A model generated the notes under the pieces. The model was given only the letters and a program-made list of their open reading frames with translations. It searched no databases and was not told the origin of the DNA. The position numbers and the translations under genes were made by a program. Below, in pieces: positions 9,652-19,688 of a DNA stretch of 64,000 nucleotides. How positions within the stretch are numbered: the first letter of the stretch is position 1; every line of letters begins with the position of its first letter. This stretch comes from Candidatus Micrarchaeota archaeon (GTDB taxonomy: Archaea; Micrarchaeota; Micrarchaeia; Anstonellales; Bilamarchaeaceae): contig JBBSVO010000004.1 in the NCBI GenBank assembly GCA_038046805.1, forward strand, positions 32,001 to 96,000, given 5' to 3'.

Positions 9652-9847
9652 AATTTACATCATAGTGGTATACTGTAAATACCTCAAAATCCCCAAAATC
9701 CATTCTTTTGCCTAGTTTTATGCCCGTAACCTTGCTTTCACTGTCCGTTTTTGCCAATCAATACTGTTAAGGTAAACCGATATGCAAAAATGGGTTGATT
9801 ACAAGCAGGTTTGGTTTACTGATATGGTTTTGAAAAAGAGAAGTGGT

Positions 9848-10267
9848 TTACTGAGAAGCGGTTTGTTCCTTTAGCCAACTCTCAACGCTTTCGCGAACTA
9901 CTCTTATTGCGATTAGTTCCGGGATTTCTGTGTCAGCAAGTATCTCACCTTTAATAGTTAATACGCCACCATTAAAGGCTGTTGACCTGGAAACAAATTG
10001 AACAATTGTAGTGCGTGCAAGATTCAGACCAGTGATTGGTTTGTCAATTGTAATAACCATCCTTCCTATGGATTTTTCAGGAGCACGAGAGCACGGTATT
10101 TCAATCGTTGCATTAAAAGATTTTCTCAGATGAAACTTTGGTCTGGATTCACCTCGTAAAAACTGGTCTAATAGTACTGGCGGTGAAACAAAATTTCTTG
10201 GTTTGCGTACCTTAGCGAATGGCAGTACATTTGAAGACGGCGGGGCGCGTGTACGTTTTACTGTCAT
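9848..10267 (-). CDS. Orphan protein with basic Pro-rich N-tail
   Basis: 139-aa ORF starting MTVKRTRAPPSS. Confidence 0.6.
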   Translation of the reverse strand: MTVKRTRAPPSSNVLPFAKVRKPRNFVSPPVLLDQFLRGESRPKFHLRKSFNATIEIPCSRAPEKSIGRMVITIDKPITGLNLARTTIVQFVSRSTAFNGGVLTIKGEILADTEIPELIAIRVVRESVESWLKEQTASQ

Positions 10268-10292
10268 AATTATTTCCTCATATCATGCGATA

Positions 10293-11024
10293 TTATTCCA
10301 TACCTGTCGGGATATATCCAATATCTCTTAATGTCTCTCTAAAACCAGCTGGAAATGGTCTTTTAGATGGGCAGTTCATTGAGCTATGTGTAAAGGAACA
10401 AGCGATTAGTTCATCAACTAATCTTAATCTGCTTCTTGGTGTAAGGCCATCCCAGGTGTAATCGTCATAACTAGTCTCGAGATTGAGTGTGAATGGGATT
10501 GATCCTTCCATATCAAAAACACTAGCATACGATCTTCTAGCGGATTCTATAATCGCTTCTCTTTGTTCTGGAGTCAAATGATTGAAAATTACATGTAATG
10601 ATTCATGCACATATGTCCAATATCTAATTCTGCCTAAAGGAAGCAATATTGCTTCTGAAACATCCAAGTCACACTGTTCTTTTAGAGTGCGTAGTACTTC
10701 TGTAGCGTCTCTTCTAGGCATCCATATATGATCCTGGCAAATATACAAACCCTGACAACCAGCTAGGAAGCCAAGTGGGTTATCAGTTACTTCTGCATAA
10801 AAACCAGCTAAATAGTGTACTAATACAATATCTAAATTGGTTGGGATAACTGCTCTGAGGTTTGCATTAGCATATCGTGAGAGTAGGTGCTCAGTCAATT
10901 TGATACGGTCTGGTACGACTAATGCTTTTACTAAATCTTCTGGTAGTCCCCGGTCTCCAAATCTTAACAATTTGCATGGTCTTGGAGATATATCCTGGGC
11001 AGATTTAACGCAGGCTCTAGACAT
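10293..11024 (-). CDS. Orphan HExxH zincin-like protein
   Basis: YVHESLH plus downstream DELIACSF; TATA (TTTAAATA, 11046-11053 minus strand) places a leaderless ATG at 11024. Confidence 0.6.
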   Translation of the reverse strand: MSRACVKSAQDISPRPCKLLRFGDRGLPEDLVKALVVPDRIKLTEHLLSRYANANLRAVIPTNLDIVLVHYLAGFYAEVTDNPLGFLAGCQGLYICQDHIWMPRRDATEVLRTLKEQCDLDVSEAILLPLGRIRYWTYVHESLHVIFNHLTPEQREAIIESARRSYASVFDMEGSIPFTLNLETSYDDYTWDGLTPRSRLRLVDELIACSFTHSSMNCPSKRPFPAGFRETLRDIGYIPTGME

Positions 11025-11083
11025 ATATCTCTCTCTCATTTGGCCTATTTAAACCTTCGTTTCCTCCCACTTATAACAACGGA

Positions 11084-11629
11084 TTAGTCGAATATTTGGT
11101 TAACAACAATGCCTGGGCGGGTTCTAATAAATCCATCTGGGTCAGCTAAGAATTGTCTTAGCAAAGATTGTAGATCCGGGTTATTTTCTGGCGGGCAAGT
11201 TACAACAGCTACAGCTCCCTCGCGGGCTAATAGATTGAGATAATATGACATTGACCTAGCTTTTGTTTCATCAAAAACAGCATTTGGATTTATTTCAAGA
11301 ACCTTATAATTTATTGGTTCCCATTCTGCAGTCTCATTTGTAGTTTTGCCCATCGTTACCGCAAACGCTACATACGTTCCATCTTTTAACCGAGTCAAAC
11401 ATTCTTTATAATAATCCCCATCGCGCATTCCTAGTTCTTGAAATTCTGGTGCCCAAGGTTTTCTGGGTGTGGGTTCAGGAGGTTTTTGTTCGTTTTGAAC
11501 CGAACGTTCTACTCGCAGTATTTGTTCCGGGTCTGGTTTATATTGCGAAATCTTCGGAGCGCAATTCATAACACTGAGAGAAGCTAGAATCAGAGAGGTT
11601 GTTCCCAGCATCCGGTTTAAATGTTTCAT
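11084..11629 (-). CDS. Orphan exported or lipoprotein-like protein
   Basis: Hydrophobic signal ending SVMNC; TATA ~22 nt upstream. Confidence 0.6.
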   Translation of the reverse strand: MKHLNRMLGTTSLILASLSVMNCAPKISQYKPDPEQILRVERSVQNEQKPPEPTPRKPWAPEFQELGMRDGDYYKECLTRLKDGTYVAFAVTMGKTTNETAEWEPINYKVLEINPNAVFDETKARSMSYYLNLLAREGAVAVVTCPPENNPDLQSLLRQFLADPDGFIRTRPGIVVNQIFD

Positions 11630-11764
11630 ATTTTAATTTCTCATCGCATCTATTTAAACTCTTCTCTTTTTACAATTTATAACAACAAACTAGAAAAAGT
11701 TACTGGGATGCAGTTATTCTGATTTTTGTAACCAAACAAAAAAGAAAAACAAAATTAAATCTTT

Positions 11765-12064
11765 TTACTGGTTGCTTAGATGGGCCTCAATTTTTGCATT
11801 TACTACCTTTCTGAATGTTCGTTTAGTTTTATCATTCATGAATGCATCTGCTGCTTGCTCAGCAATATCTGTTTTTACCCTAGGACTTAATTCTGAACAA
11901 CGAGGATCTCCACGTATTTGTATTTTGGCATGCAATGCTAAATTAGCATAAGCTGACCCTGCTGCACTTTCACGTCCAGGCGCAATATCTCTTCCAAATG
12001 CGCGTATTGCACTTGGTTTTAACAAAGATGCGTAAACTCCTTTGGCTAAGACTCTCAATTGCAA
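11765..12064 (-). CDS. Orphan basic protein
   Basis: GGTGAT RBS before TTG 12064 (ORF track starts at 12097). Confidence 0.5.
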   Translation of the reverse strand: MQLRVLAKGVYASLLKPSAIRAFGRDIAPGRESAAGSAYANLALHAKIQIRGDPRCSELSPRVKTDIAEQAADAFMNDKTKRTFRKVVNAKIEAHLSNQ

Positions 12065-12186
12065 AATATCACCAAGTTTATCTATATGATAATCCATTTA
12101 AACCCTTCTATTTCTCCCGTTTTCCCCCACAGTAATTAGTATGATAGGAAGAATATCCTAGAAATTCTAAGATTCTTTTGTATTCC

Positions 12187-12900
12187 TTATTCTTCAACAA
12201 TTTTTATTTCCTTAATATCCGTCATATACTGGTATTCTCCCTCGTAACCTTGCGAAACCTCTCCGGTTTTATTATCAATTCCACCTGAACCAGCTCCTGT
12301 TTTAAGATATCCGGTAACTTCTACATATTTTCCAGCATATTTGGAAGAATTATCTAATTTAACAAGAACCCCATCAACATAAATTCCTTCCTTTGTTTCC
12401 TCTGCCATTCCTTTGATTGTTGTAAGTTTTCCTTCTGTTTCATTCCATATATTTGGTTTGTTTATTTCGCTTGCAAGTACCCCTTCAGGTGCAGCATAAG
12501 GTTTCTTGTTATCTAAACACCCAAGCACAACATAATTCGGAGAGCTGCCAGGCATATTGCTTTTTGATGGTAAATCTGTAATTTCTTTTACGATTATTTG
12601 ACCACTAGCTGCAGGAATTGACTCACCTTTTTCAACGCGATGATTCTTTGAAGTACTAAAAACAAAAAGCGTTACGCGTAAAACTCCATCAGTATCTTTG
12701 AATATATTCCCTACGCCAACTCGATCGCCGCAAATCTCGCCGACTGTGGTTTCCTGGATTTTTATCCCGTCTAATTCGCCTATGTTTAATGATTTATTTG
12801 TTCCGCTTTGATTCTTCACAAGATCACCATTTTCAGTATTAATATTCTGCACGTAACCGAATGCGAGTAAGAGTATTCCAAGAATAATCCAGGTTTTCAT
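12187..12900 (-). CDS. Exported hypothetical protein
   Basis: Signal peptide MKTWIILGILLLAFG. Confidence 0.7.
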   Translation of the reverse strand: MKTWIILGILLLAFGYVQNINTENGDLVKNQSGTNKSLNIGELDGIKIQETTVGEICGDRVGVGNIFKDTDGVLRVTLFVFSTSKNHRVEKGESIPAASGQIIVKEITDLPSKSNMPGSSPNYVVLGCLDNKKPYAAPEGVLASEINKPNIWNETEGKLTTIKGMAEETKEGIYVDGVLVKLDNSSKYAGKYVEVTGYLKTGAGSGGIDNKTGEVSQGYEGEYQYMTDIKEIKIVEE

Positions 12901-12951
12901 AGCATACCTTCAGACTAAACATTATTAATTCTTTTCAGCCTCTTTAATCTC

Positions 12952-13422
12952 ATGGAAAAGTCCTATCGTCTTCTTTATCCAATGAGAATTATTCTCGTCA
13001 GTGCAAGTCATGAAGGAAAGAATAATTTCATGCCCGCAGCTTGGTGTTTTCCATTATCCTTTGAGCCGCAGATTTTCGGGGTTGCAATTGCGAAAAAGCG
13101 GTTCACCTATAGTCTAATTCACGAGAGTAAAGAGTTTGTGATAAATATTCCGGGCGCGGATTTAATTGAGAAAATGAACGCGCTGGGAAGGATAAGCGGT
13201 CGGGATTGCGATAAATTTCGGGAATGGGACTTAACTCCGGATAAATCAAAAAAGATCGGAGCGTACGGAATTGCCGAATGTTTAGTAAGCATTGAATGCA
13301 AGGTAGTTAAGGAAACAGAAATAGGCGATCACGTTCTGTTTTGTGGCGAAGCCATTCACATAAATAAAAGACGCGAAGGTAAGGGGATTTACCAAAAAGA
13401 AGAGGAACTAATAGAATTTTAA
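12952..13422 (+). CDS. Flavin reductase-like FMN-binding split-barrel protein
   Basis: NFMPAAW, EFVINIP, SGRDCDKF, IECKV, GDHVLFCGE. Confidence 0.9.
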   Translation: MEKSYRLLYPMRIILVSASHEGKNNFMPAAWCFPLSFEPQIFGVAIAKKRFTYSLIHESKEFVINIPGADLIEKMNALGRISGRDCDKFREWDLTPDKSKKIGAYGIAECLVSIECKVVKETEIGDHVLFCGEAIHINKRREGKGIYQKEEELIEF

Positions 13423-13446
13423 TTATAACCTTACATATTTTACTAC

Positions 13447-14022
13447 ATGCTTCTCAAACAACCTCCGCGCAATAGGATAGGCCAAATAATTGTTGCTTCT
13501 ATGCTGGTGGCTTTGCCGCTTATTGAATACATATCGCCGATCAATGCATTTGCAAAAGGAAAACCGGAAACGCCGAACACAAAACCAAGCATAACGGCTG
13601 TTCATGGTAATTTCAGATGTAGGCTAACCCCACCAAAGGGAGCGATTTCTTTTGATAGTAAGGATGGTGCCTCGCATTTGCGTGTGAGGCTTGATATTCC
13701 AAAGGGCGTTGATTTGTCCGATCCAATTCTTTTCTTTTGCAGCGAAAGAATAACTGTTATAGCAACTCCGAGGTATCTGGTGCGTGGCATAGGCTATGAA
13801 GATGCGGTGTTAGGAAAACTAATGATTGGTACGCTTGGAGGCGTAGATTATCCACAGAATGTGATTGTGTGGGATATGAAACCCCTGGGAATAATAAAAA
13901 GAGCGGATCTTTTAGAGAGGGTAACCACGATTCATGGCGACGAAGTAGCTGTTGAGAATGTACGTGGTAAATTCTATAGAATAGATTTAGACAATCCGAC
14001 GAGCCCAGTAGAAGAACTGTAA
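13447..14022 (+). CDS. Orphan exported protein
   Basis: Basic N-terminus, hydrophobic segment and AFA cleavage-like site. Confidence 0.6.
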   Translation: MLLKQPPRNRIGQIIVASMLVALPLIEYISPINAFAKGKPETPNTKPSITAVHGNFRCRLTPPKGAISFDSKDGASHLRVRLDIPKGVDLSDPILFFCSERITVIATPRYLVRGIGYEDAVLGKLMIGTLGGVDYPQNVIVWDMKPLGIIKRADLLERVTTIHGDEVAVENVRGKFYRIDLDNPTSPVEEL

Positions 14023-14023
14023 A

Positions 14024-14746
14024 TTAAGCCTTATAAAACGAGAGATATTCCTCTTCAACCGGATGTAATTTTGCCGGAACAATCGCAATGAACGGAGGCT
14101 TGCCGGTGACTTTAGACATGAGATTCTTTGAGTCACCCACTAATATCTTTTCGTCTTCTTCTCCAATTCGCGAGAGCAAGATAACTGTTTTAAACTCTTT
14201 TAGGAATTCCAATGCAGTCTCTGCTGACATAGGTTCTGGTTCAGTATCAAGGAATACTAATGTATGGAGGTTTCGCACCAGATTTTCCCGGATTATATCT
14301 AATGAAGATGTTGGTTTGTAGTTTTCTCTTGGATTAACGAGACTCGCACTTTTCCCGAATCGGTATGCCTGCAATCCGGATTTTCCTATTGCTGCAGTGT
14401 AGATTGATGAATTATGAAAGATTTTTGTCTTGATATTCCGCTTTTTTGCTTCAATTACGAGTGAGATGTGGGTAGTTGCAATAAGCGGATCACCCGAACA
14501 TAAAAGAGCGATATTACTGTTCGCGTTTTCCGCCTTTTTGATTAAAAAATCACTTTCCACTTCGTTTCGTCCGATTAAATTTATTTTTTTTCCGCACGAT
14601 TTTTCGAGTGCAGCGATATTCTTGTCAGAAATTGGATTTGTGTATCTTTCAATGTAAATTTCACCACATTCCTTTAGTTCTTCGATTGCACTAAGCGTAA
14701 GGTCGAATGCAATACCTGTTCCTACGAAAATTAACGTCATAATCAT
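14024..14746 (-). CDS. dph5: Diphthine synthase
   Basis: IERYTN, GDPLIATTH, SGLQAYRFGKS, HTLVFLD, LHPVEEEYL. Confidence 0.92.
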   Translation of the reverse strand: MIMTLIFVGTGIAFDLTLSAIEELKECGEIYIERYTNPISDKNIAALEKSCGKKINLIGRNEVESDFLIKKAENANSNIALLCSGDPLIATTHISLVIEAKKRNIKTKIFHNSSIYTAAIGKSGLQAYRFGKSASLVNPRENYKPTSSLDIIRENLVRNLHTLVFLDTEPEPMSAETALEFLKEFKTVILLSRIGEEDEKILVGDSKNLMSKVTGKPPFIAIVPAKLHPVEEEYLSFYKA

Positions 14747-14819
14747 ACCATTAATAGAAAGCTTTTAACACCTTTTCGTTTATACTATTCAATGCCTTTT
14801 AGGCGAGGTATTTTATGGG

Positions 14820-14878
14820 ATGTCGCGAATGCATTGCATTCACGAGCATGCTCGAGAACGAATCGTCGTTCGCGACAT
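14820..14878. repeat. Nested-palindrome element (branched hairpin)
   Basis: Closing stem ATGTCGCGAA/TTCGCGACAT with internal GAATGC..GCATTC and CGAGCATGCTCG. Confidence 0.7.
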
Positions 14879-14926
14879 GGAGGAAATGGTATTTCCGACA
14901 GAATAAAAATTTAAGGTGAAATTTTT

Positions 14927-15187
14927 ATGGGAAGGGCATTAGGTCAGCTTACGAGAAGTGGAAGAAGCGGAGAACCCAGACGAGATGAGGGAGTTCGTGT
15001 TTTGCATGTCGCTGATGGAAAGACAGTTCAATTTGGTAGTCAAATCCCCACAGAACTCTTTTCTAAGAGATTAACCGGGCTGCTTGAATCATTAAGAGAT
15101 GAACACGGAAGAATACCAGACAATAGAGCTGATTTTATGGCGGCAACTCTTGCTTTTACTTTGCAAGTACAACAATCAAAACAATAA
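14927..15187 (+). CDS. Orphan small protein
   Basis: AAGGTGA RBS; 86-aa ORF with Arg/Gly-rich N-tail. Confidence 0.55.
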   Translation: MGRALGQLTRSGRSGEPRRDEGVRVLHVADGKTVQFGSQIPTELFSKRLTGLLESLRDEHGRIPDNRADFMAATLAFTLQVQQSKQ

Positions 15188-15235
15188 TTTTTCCTCTTTT
15201 GATTTTTAAGAATTAGATTTTATTATTTTCGTTTT

Positions 15236-15511
15236 GAGGATGTTTTAGGGCCCAGGTGACTCGCTTTTACGCGCAAAGCGTCCAATCAAGTATCCCTCAC
15301 GGTTAACTTGTTCCAAACGCCAAGTGCATATAGCCTAGTAAGCAGTCCACGGCATGCAACTAATTAAGCTTTGCAGATCGTTACAAACCCCTTTTACCAA
15401 TCCACAAAACCCTGGAACAATTGCAGAGGCCTAGACATTAGCCAAATGGCTCTTAGGTTACTAAGATTTTTATCAAACCACTTGACCCGCCTGGTATACC
15501 CAAACATCCTC
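15236..15511 (-). ncRNA. Unidentified structured ncRNA (~280-295 nt) with a predicted pseudoknot
   Basis: Ends pair (GAGGAUGUUU/AAACAUCCUC); at least 7 internal helices rich in G-U pairs on the minus strand only; no ORF; TATA-like TTTTAAT ~15550-15556. Confidence 0.7.
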
Positions 15512-15602
15512 CACGAACCCGCGAAGGGAAATAGTATATTTCAATAAGAATTAAAAGGGTATATTTTCACGACGGAAGAAAAAGAACGCAAAAGACTAGG
15601 AA

Positions 15603-16094
15603 CTACGATTTATTCAGATTTACCGCACGCGAAATATCGACGTAATCTAAGATTCTGAACCCTTTCATTTTGCTTAAATTCGCGTTTACCTCGAGAACAT
15701 ATCTGGATTTGGATTTTGGAGTGTAAATCCTGCAAGGATCTGCTTTGCAAGGCTCCATTTCAATAATATCCACGATAGTCCCGTTTGCCGCGATATAAAT
15801 TGTCTCAAGCGGAATTTTTGTATTCTTCATCCAGAAAGGGTGAAAATCGTCGCGGTTCAATAAAAAAAGCATCCCGTGATCGGGTGCGAGCAGCTCACGG
15901 AACATGAGACCTTTAGATATTTCGTCTGGCTCGTCTGCTATTTCAACGAATATTGTTGTGATTGTCGAATTTGTTCCGCTCGCGTTGATTATTTCAATGT
16001 AATTTTTTCCGTTTTCTGTTTCTGAGCCTAAGCAACCAAAAAAGAGAAAAAGAAATGCAAAAACAGCGAAAAGAACAATGTGGTGGTTGCTCAT
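15603..16094 (-). CDS. DUF192-family lipoprotein
   Basis: VEIAD...GLMFR...GMLF...FWMKNTKIPL...YVLEVNA; lipobox FFGC. Confidence 0.9.
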   Translation of the reverse strand: MSNHHIVLFAVFAFLFLFFGCLGSETENGKNYIEIINASGTNSTITTIFVEIADEPDEISKGLMFRELLAPDHGMLFLLNRDDFHPFWMKNTKIPLETIYIAANGTIVDIIEMEPCKADPCRIYTPKSKSRYVLEVNANLSKMKGFRILDYVDISRAVNLNKS

Positions 16095-17200
16095 ATCTTC
16101 TCGAATCTCGCCTTTAGTTTATCCAAAACCTTTGGAAGAGTCGTATATTCCATATCCTCTGCAGGAAGTCTGTGTGGTTCAAAAGGTCCGTGCCTACGCA
16201 TATAATCTGCGATTTTGAGTGCCTTTGCCCTGGTGTGGTCATATGCCTTGTCTTTGAACAGATCTACTGGTCCAACCAGCTTTCCATTCGCTACCTGGAA
16301 TCCCAAAGCAACGACGCGAGGAGGACCATCAAATCGGGTTGGTGTCGCATCTTCCATTGCAACGGGCATCATCGGACCAACGTGCGAACCTCTCATCCAT
16401 CCAGAGACTAGATGTGGAAATGCAAATGGCTCCAAAACCTCACCCAAAGCCGGAAGTCCTGACTGCGCACGAACTATCGCTACCGGATCATCCTTTCCGA
16501 CATATTCCCCAGCTATAAGCGAGAGTTTATCCGTACTTACGCAGGCAACTGCCTCATTTTCTGGGATTTTTCCGCCCTTTTTAGGATAAATACGTTTGAT
16601 AATATATTTACTTTTATTCCCAATTATCGCGAGAAGGTCGTACAATTCTTCTGGGGCGGATAATCTCACTTTCTTGTTTTCATACACGTCGTAAATTTCA
16701 AATACAAATCCGCTGTGCATTGAAGGGTCAATAACAAGTCCCGCGGTGCTAAAAGGATCTGCAAACATCTTGTAGATCGGAAGATTGAATGCGCCCGGAT
16801 CTGTCTTATCCATCAAGAAACATACAATGGGTTCACTTTTGCGCTCTTCAAATTCAAGTTCCGCAACCCCGGGCCCCATTCCTTTTATGTTACCAGAAAA
16901 TGCGTCTGAAAGAAGATCCTGCCCAGCTCCATAAAGCTTCAATTTCTTTGCGATTTCTGTGCATTCCTTGAAAGTATCCCAGGCCAATGTGTGAACCTCT
17001 TTGTTATCAACACCGTGAGTATGAGTCATTATAAGTTCGAGGTCATCCCCGCATGTAGCCACGTAAAAATCAGTGATTATATTCTCTTTTTTTGCCTTTG
17101 AAAGAAGTTCGTTTGCCTTTGCCTTCAAGTCTGGATGCACCGTAGAATGCCCTGGAAATCCACCAACATCTGCTTTAATTATGCTAACCGTTGTTTTCAT
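16091..17200 (-). CDS. fbp: Bifunctional fructose-1,6-bisphosphate aldolase/phosphatase
   Basis: IKADVGG, GDDLEL, LYGAGQDLL, GWMRGSH, RRHGPFEPHRL, MEYTTLP. Confidence 0.96.
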   Translation of the reverse strand: MKTTVSIIKADVGGFPGHSTVHPDLKAKANELLSKAKKENIITDFYVATCGDDLELIMTHTHGVDNKEVHTLAWDTFKECTEIAKKLKLYGAGQDLLSDAFSGNIKGMGPGVAELEFEERKSEPIVCFLMDKTDPGAFNLPIYKMFADPFSTAGLVIDPSMHSGFVFEIYDVYENKKVRLSAPEELYDLLAIIGNKSKYIIKRIYPKKGGKIPENEAVACVSTDKLSLIAGEYVGKDDPVAIVRAQSGLPALGEVLEPFAFPHLVSGWMRGSHVGPMMPVAMEDATPTRFDGPPRVVALGFQVANGKLVGPVDLFKDKAYDHTRAKALKIADYMRRHGPFEPHRLPAEDMEYTTLPKVLDKLKARFEKI

Positions 17201-17294
17201 AAAAAACACCTTCTCTCTCGTTATTTATTTGCAACAAAACCCATCTGTTTTGAATACGCAGCGGTTCAATTTAAATGTTTCGCAGCAATTAATT

Positions 17295-19445
17295 TTAAGC
17301 AACAACTTCAGCCGTTTCTGTTGATGGTTGCACCTTCTCTTTATCCATCGCATAATCTGGATTCTTCTCCTGAACGGGCATTGCCGGACCGATTTTTGCC
17401 TTTTTTCCAGCAGTTAGAACCTGTTCTCCGCGACTACCATCGCGATAAATCGTGATTCCTTTGCATTTCGTTTTCCATGCCATCAGGTAAGCATTTTCCA
17501 CATCTTCTACTGTAGCATTGTTTGGAAGGTTTACGGTTTTACTCACGGCCAGGTCAGTATGCTTCTGGAACGCAGACTGCATTTTCACGTGAACATCTGA
17601 TTTTATGTCGTACGAAATTACAAAAACGCGTCTGATATCTTCTGGTATTTCATCAAAACCCTGAACTGACCCGCTGTCAACTACTTTCTGCATTAACTCC
17701 TGCGAATAAATCCCCCGCACCTTCAGGATATGTTCGAATACATCATCATTATAATAAAGGCGTGTGCCGTCCATCACTGTTTTCACGTATGAAAGCGCAA
17801 AGAGCGGTTCAATTCCACTGGATGTTTCCGCAATCATTGAAATTGTTCCGGTCGGTGCAATTGACGTAACGGTTGAGTTTCTCATTGCATCATATTTTCC
17901 TGCCCAGATACTGTCGGCAAAACCAGGGAAAGAGCCTCTTGCCCTGCCCATTTCATGGCTCATTTTTCGCGCTTCAGTAGTTATGAATCGCATGATCTCT
18001 TCGCCGATGTCATAAGCCATCTGTGAATCGTATGGAACACCTATTTTGGCAAGGAGTTTTGCAAAACCCATCACACCTAAACCAAGTCTCCTGTGTTTTT
18101 GGGTCATTTCACGAATACGTTCGATAGGATATTTGTTTAATTCGACTACGTTGTCAAGGAATTGCGTTGCAAGCCTTGCAACATATCTCATTCTTGCCCA
18201 GTTGATTTTCTTTTTCCAGTCTGTTTTGCTCCAGTCAAATTCAACGAATTTGGCAACATTAATACTTCCGAGATTGCAGGATTCAAAATCAGGGGCAGGA
18301 ACCTCGCCGCAGGGATTGGTGGAATTTATGGGGTATTTTGGAGTTGGATTCTCCCGATTTATCTCGTCAATAAACAAAACTCCTGGTTCCCCGGATTTCC
18401 ATGCGCTATACGCAATAAGCTTGAACAGGCTACGTGCCTTTATTGTTCGTACAGGTTTCATTCCTCTTGGACTTTTTATAATATAATCCCCGTCATTTTC
18501 AACTGCGCTCATGAACTCGTCATCTATCGCCACGCTTACGTTAAAGTTTTCAAGAACACCGGGAGTTTGTTTTGCAGTGATAAATTCTTCTATGTCTGGA
18601 TGCCATACGTGCATCACACCCATATTAGCACCTCTTCTCCTGCCGCCTTGCTTAATTATGTTAGTTGCATTGTCGAATGCACTCATAAAGGAAAGAGGCC
18701 CAGAGGCAACCCCTGCAGTTGATTTTACAAAATCTCCTTTTTGCCTTAAATAAGAGAAGCAAAAACCGGTTCCGCCCCCAGTTTTGTGGATTATTGCAGC
18801 GTATTTCACGGCATCGAATATGCCTTCAATATCGTCAGGAATGCCAATGACAAAACACGCGGAGAGTTGGCCAAGTTCGGTCCCCGCATTCATCAATGTC
18901 GGGGAATTAGGCACAAATTCAAAGCCAGTCATTATCTCGTGAAAAGCATCTTCATAATATTTTGTTGTTTCATCGTCAGCGCCAAATATCTTTTCAGCAG
19001 ATGCAAGATATTTTGCAACTCTTCTAAAAAGATGGCTGGGAGTTTCTACGACTTTTGCATTTTCGTCTTTTTGCAGATAGCGGCGCTCTAAAACCTGAAT
19101 AGAATTAAGGGAAAGTTTAAGATCATCTTTTACTCCAAGCATATGCTTCATTTCGCGTTCAACGCCCTTGCGGTGACGATAAAGGATGTATGCCTTTGCA
19201 GTAGTTGCATGGCCAGTTTCTATAAGTGCTTTTTCAACACAATCTTGAATATCCTCCACATTAGGAGTGTCTGTATCATTGAATCGTGAATGTAAAATTT
19301 CAATTGCCTTATCTGAAACATGATCTGCTTCTTTTTTGTCAGTTCCACCTACTGCCTGGACGGCTTTCCAGATGGCATCCGTTATCTTCTGCTGATCAAA
19401 ATCCATGATTTTTCCATCGCGTTTCATTATTTTTTTTACGGCCAT
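17295..19445 (-). CDS. nrdJ: Class II (B12-dependent) ribonucleotide reductase with ATP cone
   Basis: KRDG..FD..KI ATP cone, PNSPTL, GGGTG, TNPCGE, SCNLGS, APTGTIS, YRDGSR. Confidence 0.95.
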   Translation of the reverse strand: MAVKKIMKRDGKIMDFDQQKITDAIWKAVQAVGGTDKKEADHVSDKAIEILHSRFNDTDTPNVEDIQDCVEKALIETGHATTAKAYILYRHRKGVEREMKHMLGVKDDLKLSLNSIQVLERRYLQKDENAKVVETPSHLFRRVAKYLASAEKIFGADDETTKYYEDAFHEIMTGFEFVPNSPTLMNAGTELGQLSACFVIGIPDDIEGIFDAVKYAAIIHKTGGGTGFCFSYLRQKGDFVKSTAGVASGPLSFMSAFDNATNIIKQGGRRRGANMGVMHVWHPDIEEFITAKQTPGVLENFNVSVAIDDEFMSAVENDGDYIIKSPRGMKPVRTIKARSLFKLIAYSAWKSGEPGVLFIDEINRENPTPKYPINSTNPCGEVPAPDFESCNLGSINVAKFVEFDWSKTDWKKKINWARMRYVARLATQFLDNVVELNKYPIERIREMTQKHRRLGLGVMGFAKLLAKIGVPYDSQMAYDIGEEIMRFITTEARKMSHEMGRARGSFPGFADSIWAGKYDAMRNSTVTSIAPTGTISMIAETSSGIEPLFALSYVKTVMDGTRLYYNDDVFEHILKVRGIYSQELMQKVVDSGSVQGFDEIPEDIRRVFVISYDIKSDVHVKMQSAFQKHTDLAVSKTVNLPNNATVEDVENAYLMAWKTKCKGITIYRDGSRGEQVLTAGKKAKIGPAMPVQEKNPDYAMDKEKVQPSTETAEVVA

Positions 19446-19467
19446 ATCATCACCCTAAGAAAATCCG

Positions 19468-19545
19468 AGTGAACGACCGATAAATCGAATAATCGATTTA
19501 TGGTCCATAAAACGTTGCGACGTTTTATCGGACGAATCGTTCACT
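19468..19545. repeat. Nested-palindrome element upstream of nrdJ
   Basis: AGTGAACGA/TCGTTCACT enclosing GACCGA-hairpin-TGGTC and TCCA-hairpin-TCGGA. Confidence 0.8.
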
Positions 19546-19688
19546 TCTTTTAAGTTCTTCAGTTGCCACGTCACTTCAGAACTCAAGAAAGCTAGCTAAT
19601 GTAGGAGATAATCCTTATAAATACAAGGTTCTCAGGCGCAATTTGTATTTCATATGTTTACTTTTTTGATTACTTTTCAGTAGTGATT

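Noticed and set aside
12187..12900. Lipoprotein call
   Set aside because: The signal reads AFGY where lipoproteins in this window have GC, so there is no lipobox Cys
14815..14919. 34-aa ORF or H/ACA sRNA spanning the palindrome
   Set aside because: Half of it is the palindromic repeat; no recognisable protein motif and no convincing pseudouridylation pocket or K-turn
15236..15511. SRP RNA, RNase P RNA or MITE as the identity of the structured element
   Set aside because: No CAGG..GGAA..AGCA helix 8 and no GAGGAAAGUCC/CR-V motifs on either strand. No target-site duplication, and G-U-biased internal helices argue against a DNA MITE.
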